The notes: generated from the sequence alone by a model not told the origin. A stretch of DNA of 64,000 nucleotides from Treponemataceae bacterium (GCA_963677895.2 CAXXGJ010000002.1:1-64000), one strand, 5' to 3'; positions 20,954 to 31,400 are shown, numbered from the stretch's first letter. Numbers and translations: made by a program.

Positions 20954-21761
20954 AACATTCCCTGTTCTCGAAAAAATGATCGCCGTCAAAAAGCCGGTGT
21001 TCGGCATGGTTCATTTTCCGGCGCTCCCCGGAACGCCGATGTACGACGCGGTGGGCGGCTATAAAAAGATTTACGAAACCGCGCTTCGCGACGCGGAAAA
21101 CCTGGACAAGGCCGGTTTTGAAGGCTTCATGTTCAGCAACGAGGGCGACAGGCCTTATCTCGCCGATGTATCCAAATACACGGTAGCCGTCATGTCGCGC
21201 CTGGTGTCGGATATCGCGGGCCAGTTCAGGAAACCCTTCGGCGTTTCCGTCCTCGCCGATCCCGTCGCGGCCATCTCCGTGGGATCCGCGGTTGGCTCCA
21301 GCTTCATAAGGATATTCCTTTCCTGGGTCTTCGCTTCCGACTGGGGCATCGTCAATCCCGACGCGGGAATGCTGCAGCGCTATCGAGCCCAAGTCTCCCC
21401 GGCGCCGGCCGTCTTCGCCAACGTTTCCGGCCATACGGCGCCCCTGGGCGACCGGAGCATTTTCGATATCGCGCGAGGAGCCATCAAATTCGGCCTCGCC
21501 GACGCGGTCTGTCTCGCGGGAAGCACGGCGGGCAGCGAAATCGACGTGTCCGAGATCAGCCAGGCCAGGGACGCCGCGGGCGGAAAGACGCCCGTCATCA
21601 TCGGCACCGGCGTGTCGGTCGGCAATATCGATAAGATGTACGATCTCGGCGACGCCTTCATCGTCGGCACATCGCTCAAGGTGAACGGCGACACCTTCCA
21701 GCCCATCGATCCCGAGCGGGCCATCGCCTTCATGAAAAAATTCAAAGCGCTGAGAGGGTAA
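20946..21761 (+). CDS. BtpA/SgcQ family TIM-barrel protein
   Basis: GMVHFPALPGTP, FSNEGDRPY, ADAVCLAG, VIIGTGV, FIVGTSLK. Confidence 0.9.
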   Translation: MSETFPVLEKMIAVKKPVFGMVHFPALPGTPMYDAVGGYKKIYETALRDAENLDKAGFEGFMFSNEGDRPYLADVSKYTVAVMSRLVSDIAGQFRKPFGVSVLADPVAAISVGSAVGSSFIRIFLSWVFASDWGIVNPDAGMLQRYRAQVSPAPAVFANVSGHTAPLGDRSIFDIARGAIKFGLADAVCLAGSTAGSEIDVSEISQARDAAGGKTPVIIGTGVSVGNIDKMYDLGDAFIVGTSLKVNGDTFQPIDPERAIAFMKKFKALRG

Positions 21762-21766
21762 CGATA

Positions 21767-23296
21767 ATGACGAGTCTCCGTACGGAGGGGATTACCAAGG
21801 AATTCCCCGGCGTTCTCGCGCTGGACCATGTGGACTTCGAACTTGCCAAGGGCGAGATTCACGCTCTGGTAGGGGAGAACGGCGCCGGAAAATCCACGTT
21901 GGTGAAATTGCTGGCGGGCGTCTACAAGCCCAGTTCGGGCAAATTCTTCATCAATGAAAAGGAAGTGTCCTTCAACTCTCCGCGCGACGCGGCGCCCTAT
22001 CTCGGCGTCGTGCACCAGGAAAGGGAATTGGTTCCTTTCTATTCTGGAACCCAGAATCTTTTCCTCGGACAGGAGATTAGCAAGCTCGGGATGCTGGGCA
22101 AGGCAGCGATGAAGCGGAAAGCGGTGGACTTCATGAAAGCCTATGGCCTCGAACTGGATATGGACAGCCCCGTTTCGCATCTCGGAAGCGGAATGCAGGA
22201 GATGTTGACGATCCTGAAAATCCTCTTCCGTTCGCCAGAAATCCTGGTATTCGACGAGCCTACCGCGCCGCTGAGCGTCAAGGAATGCGAGATACTTTTC
22301 AAGCTCATCCGCGATCTGAAAAGCGAGGGGCGTTCGATCATCTACATCTCCCATCATCTGCCCGAAGTCCTTCAGCTAGCGGATCGCATAACGGTATTGA
22401 GAAATGGAAAGAAAGTGACGACGGTGGACGTCGATACGGTGAATGAGGCCGATATCATAAAGCTCATGATCGCCAAGGACCTGAGTCAGCAGTACCCGAA
22501 GACCGCGATGGAACCGGGAGGCGAGGTCATCAAGGTAGAAGCTCTCGGCGGAGATGAAATCGCCCAACGAGACACAATACGGCGAAGGCCCGGCCGGCGT
22601 ATGCCTGGATTTTCGATTCATGCCAGAGAGATCGTGGGATTCGCCGGTCTCGTAGGTTCGGGCAGGTCTGAACTGGCCAGACGGATATTCGAAGGAAAAT
22701 CTCCGGGCATGTACCGCGTAACCTTATCGGGGAATCCCTTCGTCCCCAAAAACCCCAAAGACTCCATATCAAAGGGCATCGTCATGATCCCCGAGGATCG
22801 CCGGGGAGAGGGGCTCGTCACCTCATTCGATGTCGGCGAGAACTTGGCGCTCCCTCGCCTCTCCCTTCTCTCGAACATGGGTTTCCGCGACGAAAGGAAA
22901 ATCCAGAAGCGAAGCAGGCAGATCATCGATGATCTTACGATAAAAGTGTTTTCACCCGCCCAGCGAGTAAGCACGCTCAGCGGCGGCAACCAGCAGAAGG
23001 TCGCCTTGGGGAAATGGCTCGATGCCGACGCCAAGGTCTGGATATTCGATGAACCTACCCAGGGTATCGATGTGGAAACAAAGAGCGAAATCTACGTGAT
23101 CATGGAAAAGCTTGCCTCGCGAGGCGCGGGGATCTGGTTCATCAGCTCCGATCTTCGCGAGCTGGAAGCGATAGCGGACAGGATTCTCGTCATGCATGAG
23201 TCCGAGATCGTCGGCGAATTCAAGCGGCCTTTCCAGACCGAGCGGATTCTCGAAGTCATGTTGGGCAATCAAGAAAAAGAAGAGGTGCGTGCATGA
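21767..23296 (+). CDS. Sugar ABC transporter ATP-binding protein (RbsA-type)
   Basis: GENGAGKST, FDEPT, GLVGSGRSE, LSGGNQQKV, DEPTQGIDV. Confidence 0.95.
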   Translation: MTSLRTEGITKEFPGVLALDHVDFELAKGEIHALVGENGAGKSTLVKLLAGVYKPSSGKFFINEKEVSFNSPRDAAPYLGVVHQERELVPFYSGTQNLFLGQEISKLGMLGKAAMKRKAVDFMKAYGLELDMDSPVSHLGSGMQEMLTILKILFRSPEILVFDEPTAPLSVKECEILFKLIRDLKSEGRSIIYISHHLPEVLQLADRITVLRNGKKVTTVDVDTVNEADIIKLMIAKDLSQQYPKTAMEPGGEVIKVEALGGDEIAQRDTIRRRPGRRMPGFSIHAREIVGFAGLVGSGRSELARRIFEGKSPGMYRVTLSGNPFVPKNPKDSISKGIVMIPEDRRGEGLVTSFDVGENLALPRLSLLSNMGFRDERKIQKRSRQIIDDLTIKVFSPAQRVSTLSGGNQQKVALGKWLDADAKVWIFDEPTQGIDVETKSEIYVIMEKLASRGAGIWFISSDLRELEAIADRILVMHESEIVGEFKRPFQTERILEVMLGNQEKEEVRA

Positions 23297-24234
23297 GTAT
23301 CAAGAAAGTTATGACGAAATACGGAACGCTCATCGCGCTCGGCGTCATTTTTCTCCTGTTCTCCGTCGGCGTGCAGGGCTTTTTCGACTCCAATAACATC
23401 ATCAATATCCTGACGCAGATCGCGTTGCTCATGATCATCGCGCAGGGTTTTACGATGGCGCACATCGTAGGGGAAATGGACCTTTCCTTCGCCAATCTCG
23501 CGAGCCTCGCCAGCGTCGTGGTGGCGGGCCTCATCATAAAAGGCATGAATCCACTGCTCGCCGTGTTTCTGTGTCTCGCGGGCGGAAGTCTTTTCGGATT
23601 TATCAACGGCAGTCTCGTTACGCGTGTCGGAATTCCTTCGCTCATCACGACTCTGGCAACAGGCATCGTCGCGAACGGTCTCATCTATATGTACACCGGC
23701 GGCGTATCCTTCTATTCAGGCCTTCCTAAGGGATTCCTGTATCTTGGACGCGGCAGGATTGGCCCCGTTCCCGTGCTGGTGCTCATAATGCTCGGGGTCC
23801 TGCTGATCTGCCATATCTTCGTCAACAAGACGACGGCGGGTTCAAACCTGCAGGCAACGGGTGGAAACGCAGCCGCGGCGCGGCTGGCAGGCATCAATAC
23901 GCGTTTCTACAAAATGCTGGGATTCGTGCTCTGTAGTTTCGCTGCCACCTTCGCGGGAATCCTTCTCACCTCGAGGTTGGGCGCCGCCAATCCCGAAGGC
24001 GCGGGCGGCTTCCTCATGGAAAGCTTCGCGATCGTGCTGCTGGGGCAGACGGTGTTCACGGTCGGCAGACCAAGCCCGATCGGAACCTTCGTCGGCGCGC
24101 TCATCATCGGCGTACTCAACAACGGACTCACCCTGCTCGGAGCGCAATACTTCGTGCAGGATATCGTCAAAGGGCTCATCATAATTCTAGCTGTGGTTGT
24201 TGCATCCATTCAAACTAAGCGGATGGGTGTCTGA
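23293..24234 (+). CDS. Sugar ABC transporter permease (RbsC-type)
   Basis: GEMDLS, IPSLITTLA, ATGGNAAAARLAGI, GVLNNGLTLLG. Confidence 0.93.
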   Translation: MSIKKVMTKYGTLIALGVIFLLFSVGVQGFFDSNNIINILTQIALLMIIAQGFTMAHIVGEMDLSFANLASLASVVVAGLIIKGMNPLLAVFLCLAGGSLFGFINGSLVTRVGIPSLITTLATGIVANGLIYMYTGGVSFYSGLPKGFLYLGRGRIGPVPVLVLIMLGVLLICHIFVNKTTAGSNLQATGGNAAAARLAGINTRFYKMLGFVLCSFAATFAGILLTSRLGAANPEGAGGFLMESFAIVLLGQTVFTVGRPSPIGTFVGALIIGVLNNGLTLLGAQYFVQDIVKGLIIILAVVVASIQTKRMGV

Positions 24235-24257
24235 GGTTCACGTCAAGGAGGTACGAT

Positions 24258-25187
24258 GTGAAAAAGACCAGAATGATTGCGGTGGCGATTTTATTCGCGC
24301 TCGTGTTCGTCGGTACGGGATTCGCCCAGGGAATCACGGTGGGATTCATCGCCACAAATTTCTCCAACGAAGCGACTTCGAGAGCAGCCAACGCTTTCGA
24401 AAAGTTCGCGAAGGCAAAGGGCTGGACTCCCATCATGCTGAACTCCGCCGGTTCGGTGAAGACACAGGGCGATCAACTCCAGAACCTCGTCCAGAGGAAG
24501 GTAAAAGCCATCGTCCTTTCGCATGCCCATCCCCTCGAAATCCAGGATTCGCTCAATGAGGCATTCAAGGCCGGCATACCTGTCGTTACGATCGACTCCG
24601 GCTATGTGGACGGCGTCGTCGCCGACATCACCGCGGATAACTTTACGATGGGCGCAAAAATTTCCACGTATTTCATGGATAGCCTCGGCGGAAAAGGTAA
24701 TATCATCGTTCTCAAGTTCGAAAAGCATTATGGAACAAGGCGCCGCGGCAAGGTTTTCGATCAAGTGCTTTCCGAATACCCCGGAGTAAAGGTGCTGGGC
24801 GAGTATACTATCACCTCTCCTCAGACCTACATGGCTGATACGCGCAATGCCATGGAGACTTTCGCGACTAAGTTCAAGGATCAAATCGATGGTGTCTGGT
24901 GCGCATTCGATACGCTCGCCTACGTGGCAAGCGATGTGCTACAGGATCGCGGCATCAAAAACGTGATAATCACCGGCGTCGACGGCAACCAGGAAACCTT
25001 CAACAGGATCAAAGACGGCAGACAAACGGCAACGATCGCTCAGCCCTTCGAGGACATGGCGGCTAAGGCTGTCGACCTCATCGATAAAATCGTCATAAAG
25101 AAAATGTCCGCAGCCGCCGCGGCTCCCCAAAAGATTATCTACATGGATGCGCCTCTCGTCGACAAGAACAGCATTCCCGTATTCTGA
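24258..25187 (+). CDS. Sugar ABC transporter substrate-binding protein (RbsB-type)
   Basis: GTG start with SD AAGGAGG; signal peptide; AGIPVVTID, ITGVDG, ATIAQP. Confidence 0.92.
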   Translation: MKKTRMIAVAILFALVFVGTGFAQGITVGFIATNFSNEATSRAANAFEKFAKAKGWTPIMLNSAGSVKTQGDQLQNLVQRKVKAIVLSHAHPLEIQDSLNEAFKAGIPVVTIDSGYVDGVVADITADNFTMGAKISTYFMDSLGGKGNIIVLKFEKHYGTRRRGKVFDQVLSEYPGVKVLGEYTITSPQTYMADTRNAMETFATKFKDQIDGVWCAFDTLAYVASDVLQDRGIKNVIITGVDGNQETFNRIKDGRQTATIAQPFEDMAAKAVDLIDKIVIKKMSAAAAAPQKIIYMDAPLVDKNSIPVF

Positions 25188-25214
25188 AAAACGGTCTAGA
25201 ATAGCAGCTCCGGA

Positions 25215-25239
25215 GGAGTCGGCCTTAATGGCCGGCTCC
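25215..25239 (+). other. Stem-loop after the binding-protein gene
   Basis: GGAGTCGGCC-TTAAT-GGCCGGCTCC followed by a pyrimidine-rich tail. Confidence 0.5.
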
Positions 25240-25263
25240 CTATTTCCTTCTTAGGATAGCGCA

Positions 25264-26766
25264 ATGGATATTTTCCTCGGGGTCGACGTAGGCACGACAT
25301 CCATCAAAGCGACGGCTATCGATAGGGCGGGCGTCATTCTCGCGACAGCCCAGGTTCCCTGCGCCATGGAGACGCCCAAACCCGGCTATTTCGAGATAGA
25401 CGCGCCCGTTCAGTGGATCGGCGGCTTCCGGAAAGCTCTAGGCACTCTCGGTTCCGAACTTGTTTCCCAGGTTAGGGCAATCTGCGTGAGTTCGGTATGC
25501 GCCAGTTTCGTCCCGGTCGATGGCGGGGGCAGACCGCTGCGGAACGCCATCATGTATGGAATAGACACCAGGGCGACGGCTCAGTTCGACAGGCTCAATC
25601 GCGATTTCTCCAAGGCCCGCCTGGCTTCCATCGCCGGGAACGGCTTTACCAGCCATTCGGTGCTTCCCAAAATCCTGTGGCTCAAGGAAAACGAGCCGGA
25701 GATTTACGAAAAAACCGCGCTTTTCGTCGAAAGCTCGAACTTCATCTCTTCTTACCTGACCGATTGTTTCGCATGGGACCGGCCCAGCGCGGCGGGCGCT
25801 CACATGATCGACGTCGAGCGTGGGGCATATCCTTCGGATTTTCTCCGCGAGGTCGGAATCGACAAGAATAAACTGCCCCCCCTGAAATATCCCCTCGACA
25901 TCCTGGGAAGGGTAACGAAAAAGGCAAGCGTGGATACCGGCCTTCCCGAAGGCGTCTCCGTCCTCGTCGGCGCATGCGATGTCAACGCGGAAGCCTTCGC
26001 CTGCGGCGCCATCGATCCGGGGAGCCTCCTGCTCGTCTACGGTTCCACCTTGTCGACGCTATACACCATCGATTCCTTCAAGAGACTTCCTGGCTTTCTT
26101 ATCGGCCCTTCGGTCCTCGAAGGAACCTTCCGGTTGGGCGGCGCGACTTCCTCAGGGGGGCGATACCTGGATTGGGTGCGAAAACTCCTGGGCATGGAAA
26201 ATCCGCCCGATGCGGAAAGCAGCGGCGCATCCGGTAGCGGCGCGCCCGGTAATGGCGAGATCAACGACGGGGCGCCGGGCGATATCCTCATGCTCCCCTT
26301 CCTGGATGGGGCGCGGATTCCCTACCAGAATCCCGATTCGAGGGTTCTGTGGTATGGCATGAGCAGCGCTACGACCCAAAAAGATCTATGGAAAGCGGCC
26401 ATGGAATCCATGGGCTGCGAGCTCTCCGTTCTCCTGGAAATATTCGCTTCCGTGGGCGGGCTTCCCACCTATGCGCATGTCACGGGCGGGTTGGCCGGCA
26501 ACACTCGCTTCCTCCGGATCGTCGCCAACGTGTCAGGGATGACGCTCCGTCATTTCAAGAACGTAAACGCGGCTTTCGGCGACGCCCTCATGGCTCTCTC
26601 AAGCGAATTCGGCCTGACGAAGGTCAGGGCTATCCTCGAAGAGCGGGCTCGCAATCCGGAAAATGTCGAGGAGATAAAAGCCGATCGGACATTATTCGAA
26701 GCTTATGCGAAGCAGAGAGAAGCCTATCGCTCGCTTGCCGGATTCCTTCAGCGTTCCTTTTCTTGA
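25264..26766 (+). CDS. FGGY family carbohydrate kinase
   Basis: LGVDVGTTSIKA, YGIDTRA, PKILWLKENEPE, LPFLDGARIP, VTGG. Confidence 0.92.
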   Translation: MDIFLGVDVGTTSIKATAIDRAGVILATAQVPCAMETPKPGYFEIDAPVQWIGGFRKALGTLGSELVSQVRAICVSSVCASFVPVDGGGRPLRNAIMYGIDTRATAQFDRLNRDFSKARLASIAGNGFTSHSVLPKILWLKENEPEIYEKTALFVESSNFISSYLTDCFAWDRPSAAGAHMIDVERGAYPSDFLREVGIDKNKLPPLKYPLDILGRVTKKASVDTGLPEGVSVLVGACDVNAEAFACGAIDPGSLLLVYGSTLSTLYTIDSFKRLPGFLIGPSVLEGTFRLGGATSSGGRYLDWVRKLLGMENPPDAESSGASGSGAPGNGEINDGAPGDILMLPFLDGARIPYQNPDSRVLWYGMSSATTQKDLWKAAMESMGCELSVLLEIFASVGGLPTYAHVTGGLAGNTRFLRIVANVSGMTLRHFKNVNAAFGDALMALSSEFGLTKVRAILEERARNPENVEEIKADRTLFEAYAKQREAYRSLAGFLQRSFS

Positions 26767-26782
26767 GTTCATCCTCCATCCT

Positions 26783-28525
26783 TCAGAACCCCGAAATGAG
26801 CGCCTTATACCAATCCCAGTTCTGGGCCGATTTATAGGTTGCCAGGCTCGCCGCCGGCACCTTGATCGAAGTCAGCTCCCATCGCGGCGGAAAACAGGAA
26901 CCTCCCATATTCGGCGGAACTAGGGCCCTGACGGTTATGGTCTTGAGATTCGGGCAGGGATTGAAAGCGTTGTTCAGCACGCTCCGGATTGTGGACGGAA
27001 GTACTAGGTTCGTTATGCCCGCGTTTTTAAATGCCTCATCCTCGATCGCCAGCACTCCTTCCGAGATCGTCAGGCTTCTCAAACCCGTGCAGGAGAAGAA
27101 AGCGGTTTTCCCCACCGTCGAAATATTCCCGGGAATGACGAGGTTGTCGAGCTTCGGACAGAGCCCGAAGGCATATTCGCCGATCAGGGTTCTCGCCTGA
27201 CGGGGGAGCTGCAGGCTCGCGAGGTTGGAACAGCCGCGGAAAGCCCATTCGCCTATGCTTCTGAGCTGGTCGGGAAGCACGAGATTGACGAGGGCGATGC
27301 AGTTTTCGAAGGCGAAATCGCCGATCGACAGAAGCGTCCGCGGAAGATTGAGCAGCCGCAGGGCGCCGCAGTCCTGGAAGGCGTTATCGTCGACGGAGCG
27401 GATACCTTCGCGCAAGGTCACCCGCTCGAGGGCGGAGCAGCCGTAGAAAGCCCTGAACTGAATAGCGCCTGTTCCCCCGATGGTCACGGCCCGCAGACCC
27501 GAGGAATCCCTGCACACGAATTCCCCGATCGCGACGACGCTATCCGGAATGACCAGGCTCTCGAGACCGACGCAATCCGCGAAAGCCTCCCGCCCGATAC
27601 CGACAAGGCCATTCGGAAGGTCGATCGCTATCGAGGCGTCGAGACCCCTGAAAGCGCCCTCGTCCAGGTAGCGGAGCGAGGAGGGAAGCTCCAATGTTTC
27701 CAGGTTCGAACAGCCTCGGAATGTTTCTTCCTGAATTCTCGCGACGCCCTCGGGGATGACGACGCGCGCGAGGGAAGCGCAGTCCGCGAAGGCGAAGGGG
27801 CCAATGGACGTGACTGACGCCGGAATGACCAGGTCTGTCAGGCTCAGGCAGCCGGCGAGCATCGATGCCGGGATTTCCGCGAGCCCCGAGGGCAAGTCGA
27901 TTTCCGAAAGACTTTCGCAGCCCTCAAAGGCTGCGGCCTCGATTCTTTGCGTCAGGGGCGAAAAGGAAATGGATTCCAGCGAACCGCATTCCGAAAAAGC
28001 CTCCTGCGGGATAATCCGGCAGCTTTCGGGCAGCTCGATGGCCGTCAGCCGCGAACAGCCTTGAAAAGCCCGCGCGCCGATCGTGTTGACCAACTCCGGT
28101 ATGTTTATCGAGATCAGATTTGAGCAGTCTTTGAAAGCCTCCAATCCGATCATGTAGAGGGTTTCAGGCAGCACGACCTCTTCGAGGGAATCGAGACCTT
28201 CGAAAGCCTCGTTCGAAACATAGCGTACGGGCTTGCCATCCCTTGTCGAGGGGATGACGAGCTTCCTGCATTGCGCGGCGTCTTCCCCCGCGGCGACATA
28301 GTAGGAATCCCATTGATAGGCATAGGTGAAGCTGAGCGCCGTGTCGGGCTGCGCGTCTTCGGGGGCGACCGCGATGCCTGGCTTCTTCATGATGGAAGCG
28401 GAGGGAGGAAATTTGGGCTGGATTTTTTGTCCAGGCGTGATTTTCGTCTGGCCCGAAAGCGGCATCAAGGAAAAGGCGGCTAGGAACAGAGCGGATACCC
28501 GGGAGCTGAGGCTCATTTTCATCAT
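26783..28525 (-). CDS. BspA-like (TpLRR) leucine-rich repeat surface protein
   Basis: Signal peptide, then a long array of 23-aa I-x-x-AF-x-GC-x-x-L repeats; C-terminal IKVPAASLATYKSAQNW cap. Confidence 0.92.
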   Translation of the reverse strand: MMKMSLSSRVSALFLAAFSLMPLSGQTKITPGQKIQPKFPPSASIMKKPGIAVAPEDAQPDTALSFTYAYQWDSYYVAAGEDAAQCRKLVIPSTRDGKPVRYVSNEAFEGLDSLEEVVLPETLYMIGLEAFKDCSNLISINIPELVNTIGARAFQGCSRLTAIELPESCRIIPQEAFSECGSLESISFSPLTQRIEAAAFEGCESLSEIDLPSGLAEIPASMLAGCLSLTDLVIPASVTSIGPFAFADCASLARVVIPEGVARIQEETFRGCSNLETLELPSSLRYLDEGAFRGLDASIAIDLPNGLVGIGREAFADCVGLESLVIPDSVVAIGEFVCRDSSGLRAVTIGGTGAIQFRAFYGCSALERVTLREGIRSVDDNAFQDCGALRLLNLPRTLLSIGDFAFENCIALVNLVLPDQLRSIGEWAFRGCSNLASLQLPRQARTLIGEYAFGLCPKLDNLVIPGNISTVGKTAFFSCTGLRSLTISEGVLAIEDEAFKNAGITNLVLPSTIRSVLNNAFNPCPNLKTITVRALVPPNMGGSCFPPRWELTSIKVPAASLATYKSAQNWDWYKALISGF

Positions 28526-28606
28526 GTCATTACCCCGTATTCGCGATGATATGCCATCTTTGCGCGTTTTTTGGCCGATGTAAAGCAAAGAATGCGGTTG
28601 CCTTCC

Positions 28607-29113
28607 TTATCGGAGGATTTCCTCGACGAAGGATTCGACATCCTTTTCGTTCCGGGCGACGCGCAGGTTTTTCCCCTCGGTCTTAAGCAGCTCGACGCAG
28701 GCGGAGATTTTCACGATTTGCTTCCTGTTCCAGGCGAGAAGATCGATCAGGCTCCTGAGATTTTCGATTTTATTCTCGCTGTCCTGTCCAAGCTTCCTGC
28801 GGATGAATCTCGCGATGATCCTCCCGCGCAGCTCGCGCGGCCCGACATCCAGGTAAAGAACGACATCGGCTTCGTCGATTCCTCGCCGCGGCCATTCCAC
28901 GTAGGCACCTTCAATTATCCAGGATTCGCGCGCGAGCGCCGAATCGAGCAGGGCATCCCTTTCCGGAGCCGGTCTTTTCACGCCGTAGTTTTTCCCGTTG
29001 TTCACCCAGAACAGGTCGTCCAGGTTGGTCATCTCCATCCCCAGGCCGAGCGCGATGCGCTTCGCCAGCGTCGTCTTGCCCGATCCCGCCGCGCCGATTA
29101 TGAAGAGCTTCAC
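28607..29113 (-). CDS. Adenylate-kinase-like P-loop protein (topology modulation protein/FlaR family)
   Basis: IIGAAGSGKTTLA, LDDLFW, WIIEGAY. Confidence 0.85.
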   Translation of the reverse strand: MKLFIIGAAGSGKTTLAKRIALGLGMEMTNLDDLFWVNNGKNYGVKRPAPERDALLDSALARESWIIEGAYVEWPRRGIDEADVVLYLDVGPRELRGRIIARFIRRKLGQDSENKIENLRSLIDLLAWNRKQIVKISACVELLKTEGKNLRVARNEKDVESFVEEILR

Positions 29114-30153
29114 CTGCGTTCCCGCCCTTTGCCTGGCGCCATCGAGAGAAGGTCTCCCGCGATCTCGAGACCGGCGAGCGGGGATTCGGTCTCGTAGACC
29201 GCGGCGCCGGGGCGGGAATGGCGGACCGAGAGCCGGCTGTCCACGGCCTCGGCGATGCGGCGGGAGAGCAGTCCCGCGACGGGAGCCCGAAGGATCCCCC
29301 CGCGTATCTTCGCGCCGCGGGACCTGGTGACGCTGATCTCCAGCAGTTCGCCGGCGCGTTTGCCCCCGAAGCGCGAGGATACGCCGCGCGAGGATCCGCG
29401 GGATATCGCGCAGTCAACCTTGTCGTCGGTCACCGAGAGCGCCTCGATGCGGGACCCATTGTAGGTTGTGAATAAATGTTTTTCGTTGTCATGGGAGAAT
29501 ATGCAGAGAAAACCCCTGAAGGATGATCCAAACCAGGGGATTTTAGCCACCGATAGCATCAGCGAATCGCCGCGGCGGGGAAAATCGTTCGATTGCGTCC
29601 AGATCCAGGATTCAGGCATCGAACTGCCCCAGTCTTTTTCGATATAGCCCCTGCCGTCGCCGATCGATACCTGGCGCCCATCCACTTCGAGGCTGCCGTC
29701 CACCCTGTGGTCGAGACTCACGAGGCCATGGCAGCACTCCATTCCCGGCATGAAGGTGAAAGGACCCATCACTCCCGGGCTCCAGAAGGGGAAGCGCGGG
29801 ATCGAAAAGCCGCCATAGGCGAATGCGCCCGAAATCCGGGAAGTCCCATCGCTCAGATCGAATTCGATGCCTCTATCGGTGAACCGATTCTTCCCCACCT
29901 CAATGTCGAGACCAGACTCGGAGGCATGGAATTCCTCCGCGCGGTACTGGAACCACCAGGATTTTCCCGTCTTGCCCTCGATGACCTGGACGAAGGCGTA
30001 GCCTGAGCCCTTTTCGCTGCCCAAGGCGATTCCTGGGATGAATGACCAGACGCCTTCGTCGATGCCGCCCGAATGCTTGAAATACCAGCCTTCGAAGTAA
30101 TCGCGTTTCTTCCTTCCTCCCTGGAATGAAGCGGGCGACCAAAGATTCCTCAT
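29110..30153 (-). CDS. Tocopherol cyclase family protein
   Basis: YFEGWYFK, MGPF..MECCHG, GYIEKDWGSSMPESWIWTQ; SD AAGGAG before ATG 30153. Confidence 0.88.
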   Translation of the reverse strand: MRNLWSPASFQGGRKKRDYFEGWYFKHSGGIDEGVWSFIPGIALGSEKGSGYAFVQVIEGKTGKSWWFQYRAEEFHASESGLDIEVGKNRFTDRGIEFDLSDGTSRISGAFAYGGFSIPRFPFWSPGVMGPFTFMPGMECCHGLVSLDHRVDGSLEVDGRQVSIGDGRGYIEKDWGSSMPESWIWTQSNDFPRRGDSLMLSVAKIPWFGSSFRGFLCIFSHDNEKHLFTTYNGSRIEALSVTDDKVDCAISRGSSRGVSSRFGGKRAGELLEISVTRSRGAKIRGGILRAPVAGLLSRRIAEAVDSRLSVRHSRPGAAVYETESPLAGLEIAGDLLSMAPGKGRERR

Positions 30154-30404
30154 CGACAATGCTCCTTTGACTCCGCGGAGAGAAAAAATGTGCGGTATTG
30201 GACTTGAAACAAAGATAATCAATCGCTTCCACTGGTTCAATGGCGTTGACGTCTGCCGGGTTCCCGAACCGAAACGCGGCGAAACGCATGTTCTTCTTTA
30301 CTGGAATTTAATGCGCTGTTAACCGCATTTAAAAACTGCTCCCGTACACTACGCTCGTCATCGGCGCGCCGCGTTGATGACGTAAAACCCAATTGGAGGA
30401 AAAA

Positions 30405-31382
30405 ATGAAGAAAATCGCGTCACTCCTGCTCGCCCTGGTCCTTGTCGCGGGTAGCGCATCCGCCCAGGTTCCGGGGGCTATGGTCACCTTCGGACTCATA
30501 AGCGACACTCATGTCTGCGACAAGCCCGACCAGTCCACCGCGATCGCGCTGAATGCCTCTCCCCGTTACTTCACGGGAGGGCTCTCCAAGATCGAAGCTT
30601 TCTCGGCGGCGATGAATGCGACCGGCGCGGATTTCGTGGCCGAGCTCGGCGACTTCACTGACAACCCCGCAACGCCTGGCTTGACTTCAGTCCAGCGCCG
30701 AGAGACCGCCATGAATTTCATGCGCGCGGCCGAGGCCCAGTTCAGCCTCTTCAAAGGTCCCCATTACCACGTGTTCGGTAATCACGACACCGACCAGGCC
30801 TCCAAGGCGGATTTTCTATCCATTGCGAAAAATTCCGACATCGCGCCTGGCGCAAGCTACTACAGCTTTGACAGAGGCGGCGTCCACTTCATCGTCCTCG
30901 ATTCCAGTTTCAGGGCGGACGGCGCTTCTTACTCCGGTATACCTGGCGAATCCGGAGCCGGATACACATGGGACGACGCCAACGTCTCCGCTAATGAATT
31001 GAAGTGGCTGGCCGCCGACCTTGAGGCCGCCCAGGCGCCTGTCGTGATCCTTTCCCACCAACAGCTCAACAACCAGGAACTCATCGACTCCGCCTACGAT
31101 CCCAAGCACACCGTGCGAAACGCTTCAGTAGTCCGCGGCATTCTCGAGACCAGCGGCAAAGTACTTGCCGTCTTCGGCGGTCACTACCACGACGGCGGTT
31201 ACCAGGAGATCAACAGCATCAAATATATCGTCCTCCAAGCGAACGCCGCCTATGGCAACGATGCTTCCTACCACAACCAGTACTCCACCGTGAAAATCTT
31301 CGCAGAAGGGAACAAGTACACCCTTGCCCTGAGCGGTGCCGGCATTCAGCGAAGCTACGCTTTCTCTAAAATCCTGTACTGA
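30405..31382 (+). CDS. Exported calcineurin-like metallophosphoesterase
   Basis: Signal peptide; metal-binding motifs SDTH, LGD, GNHD, SH and GHYH. Confidence 0.88.
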   Translation: MKKIASLLLALVLVAGSASAQVPGAMVTFGLISDTHVCDKPDQSTAIALNASPRYFTGGLSKIEAFSAAMNATGADFVAELGDFTDNPATPGLTSVQRRETAMNFMRAAEAQFSLFKGPHYHVFGNHDTDQASKADFLSIAKNSDIAPGASYYSFDRGGVHFIVLDSSFRADGASYSGIPGESGAGYTWDDANVSANELKWLAADLEAAQAPVVILSHQQLNNQELIDSAYDPKHTVRNASVVRGILETSGKVLAVFGGHYHDGGYQEINSIKYIVLQANAAYGNDASYHNQYSTVKIFAEGNKYTLALSGAGIQRSYAFSKILY

Positions 31383-31400
31383 TCCAAAACGGAATTCTAC

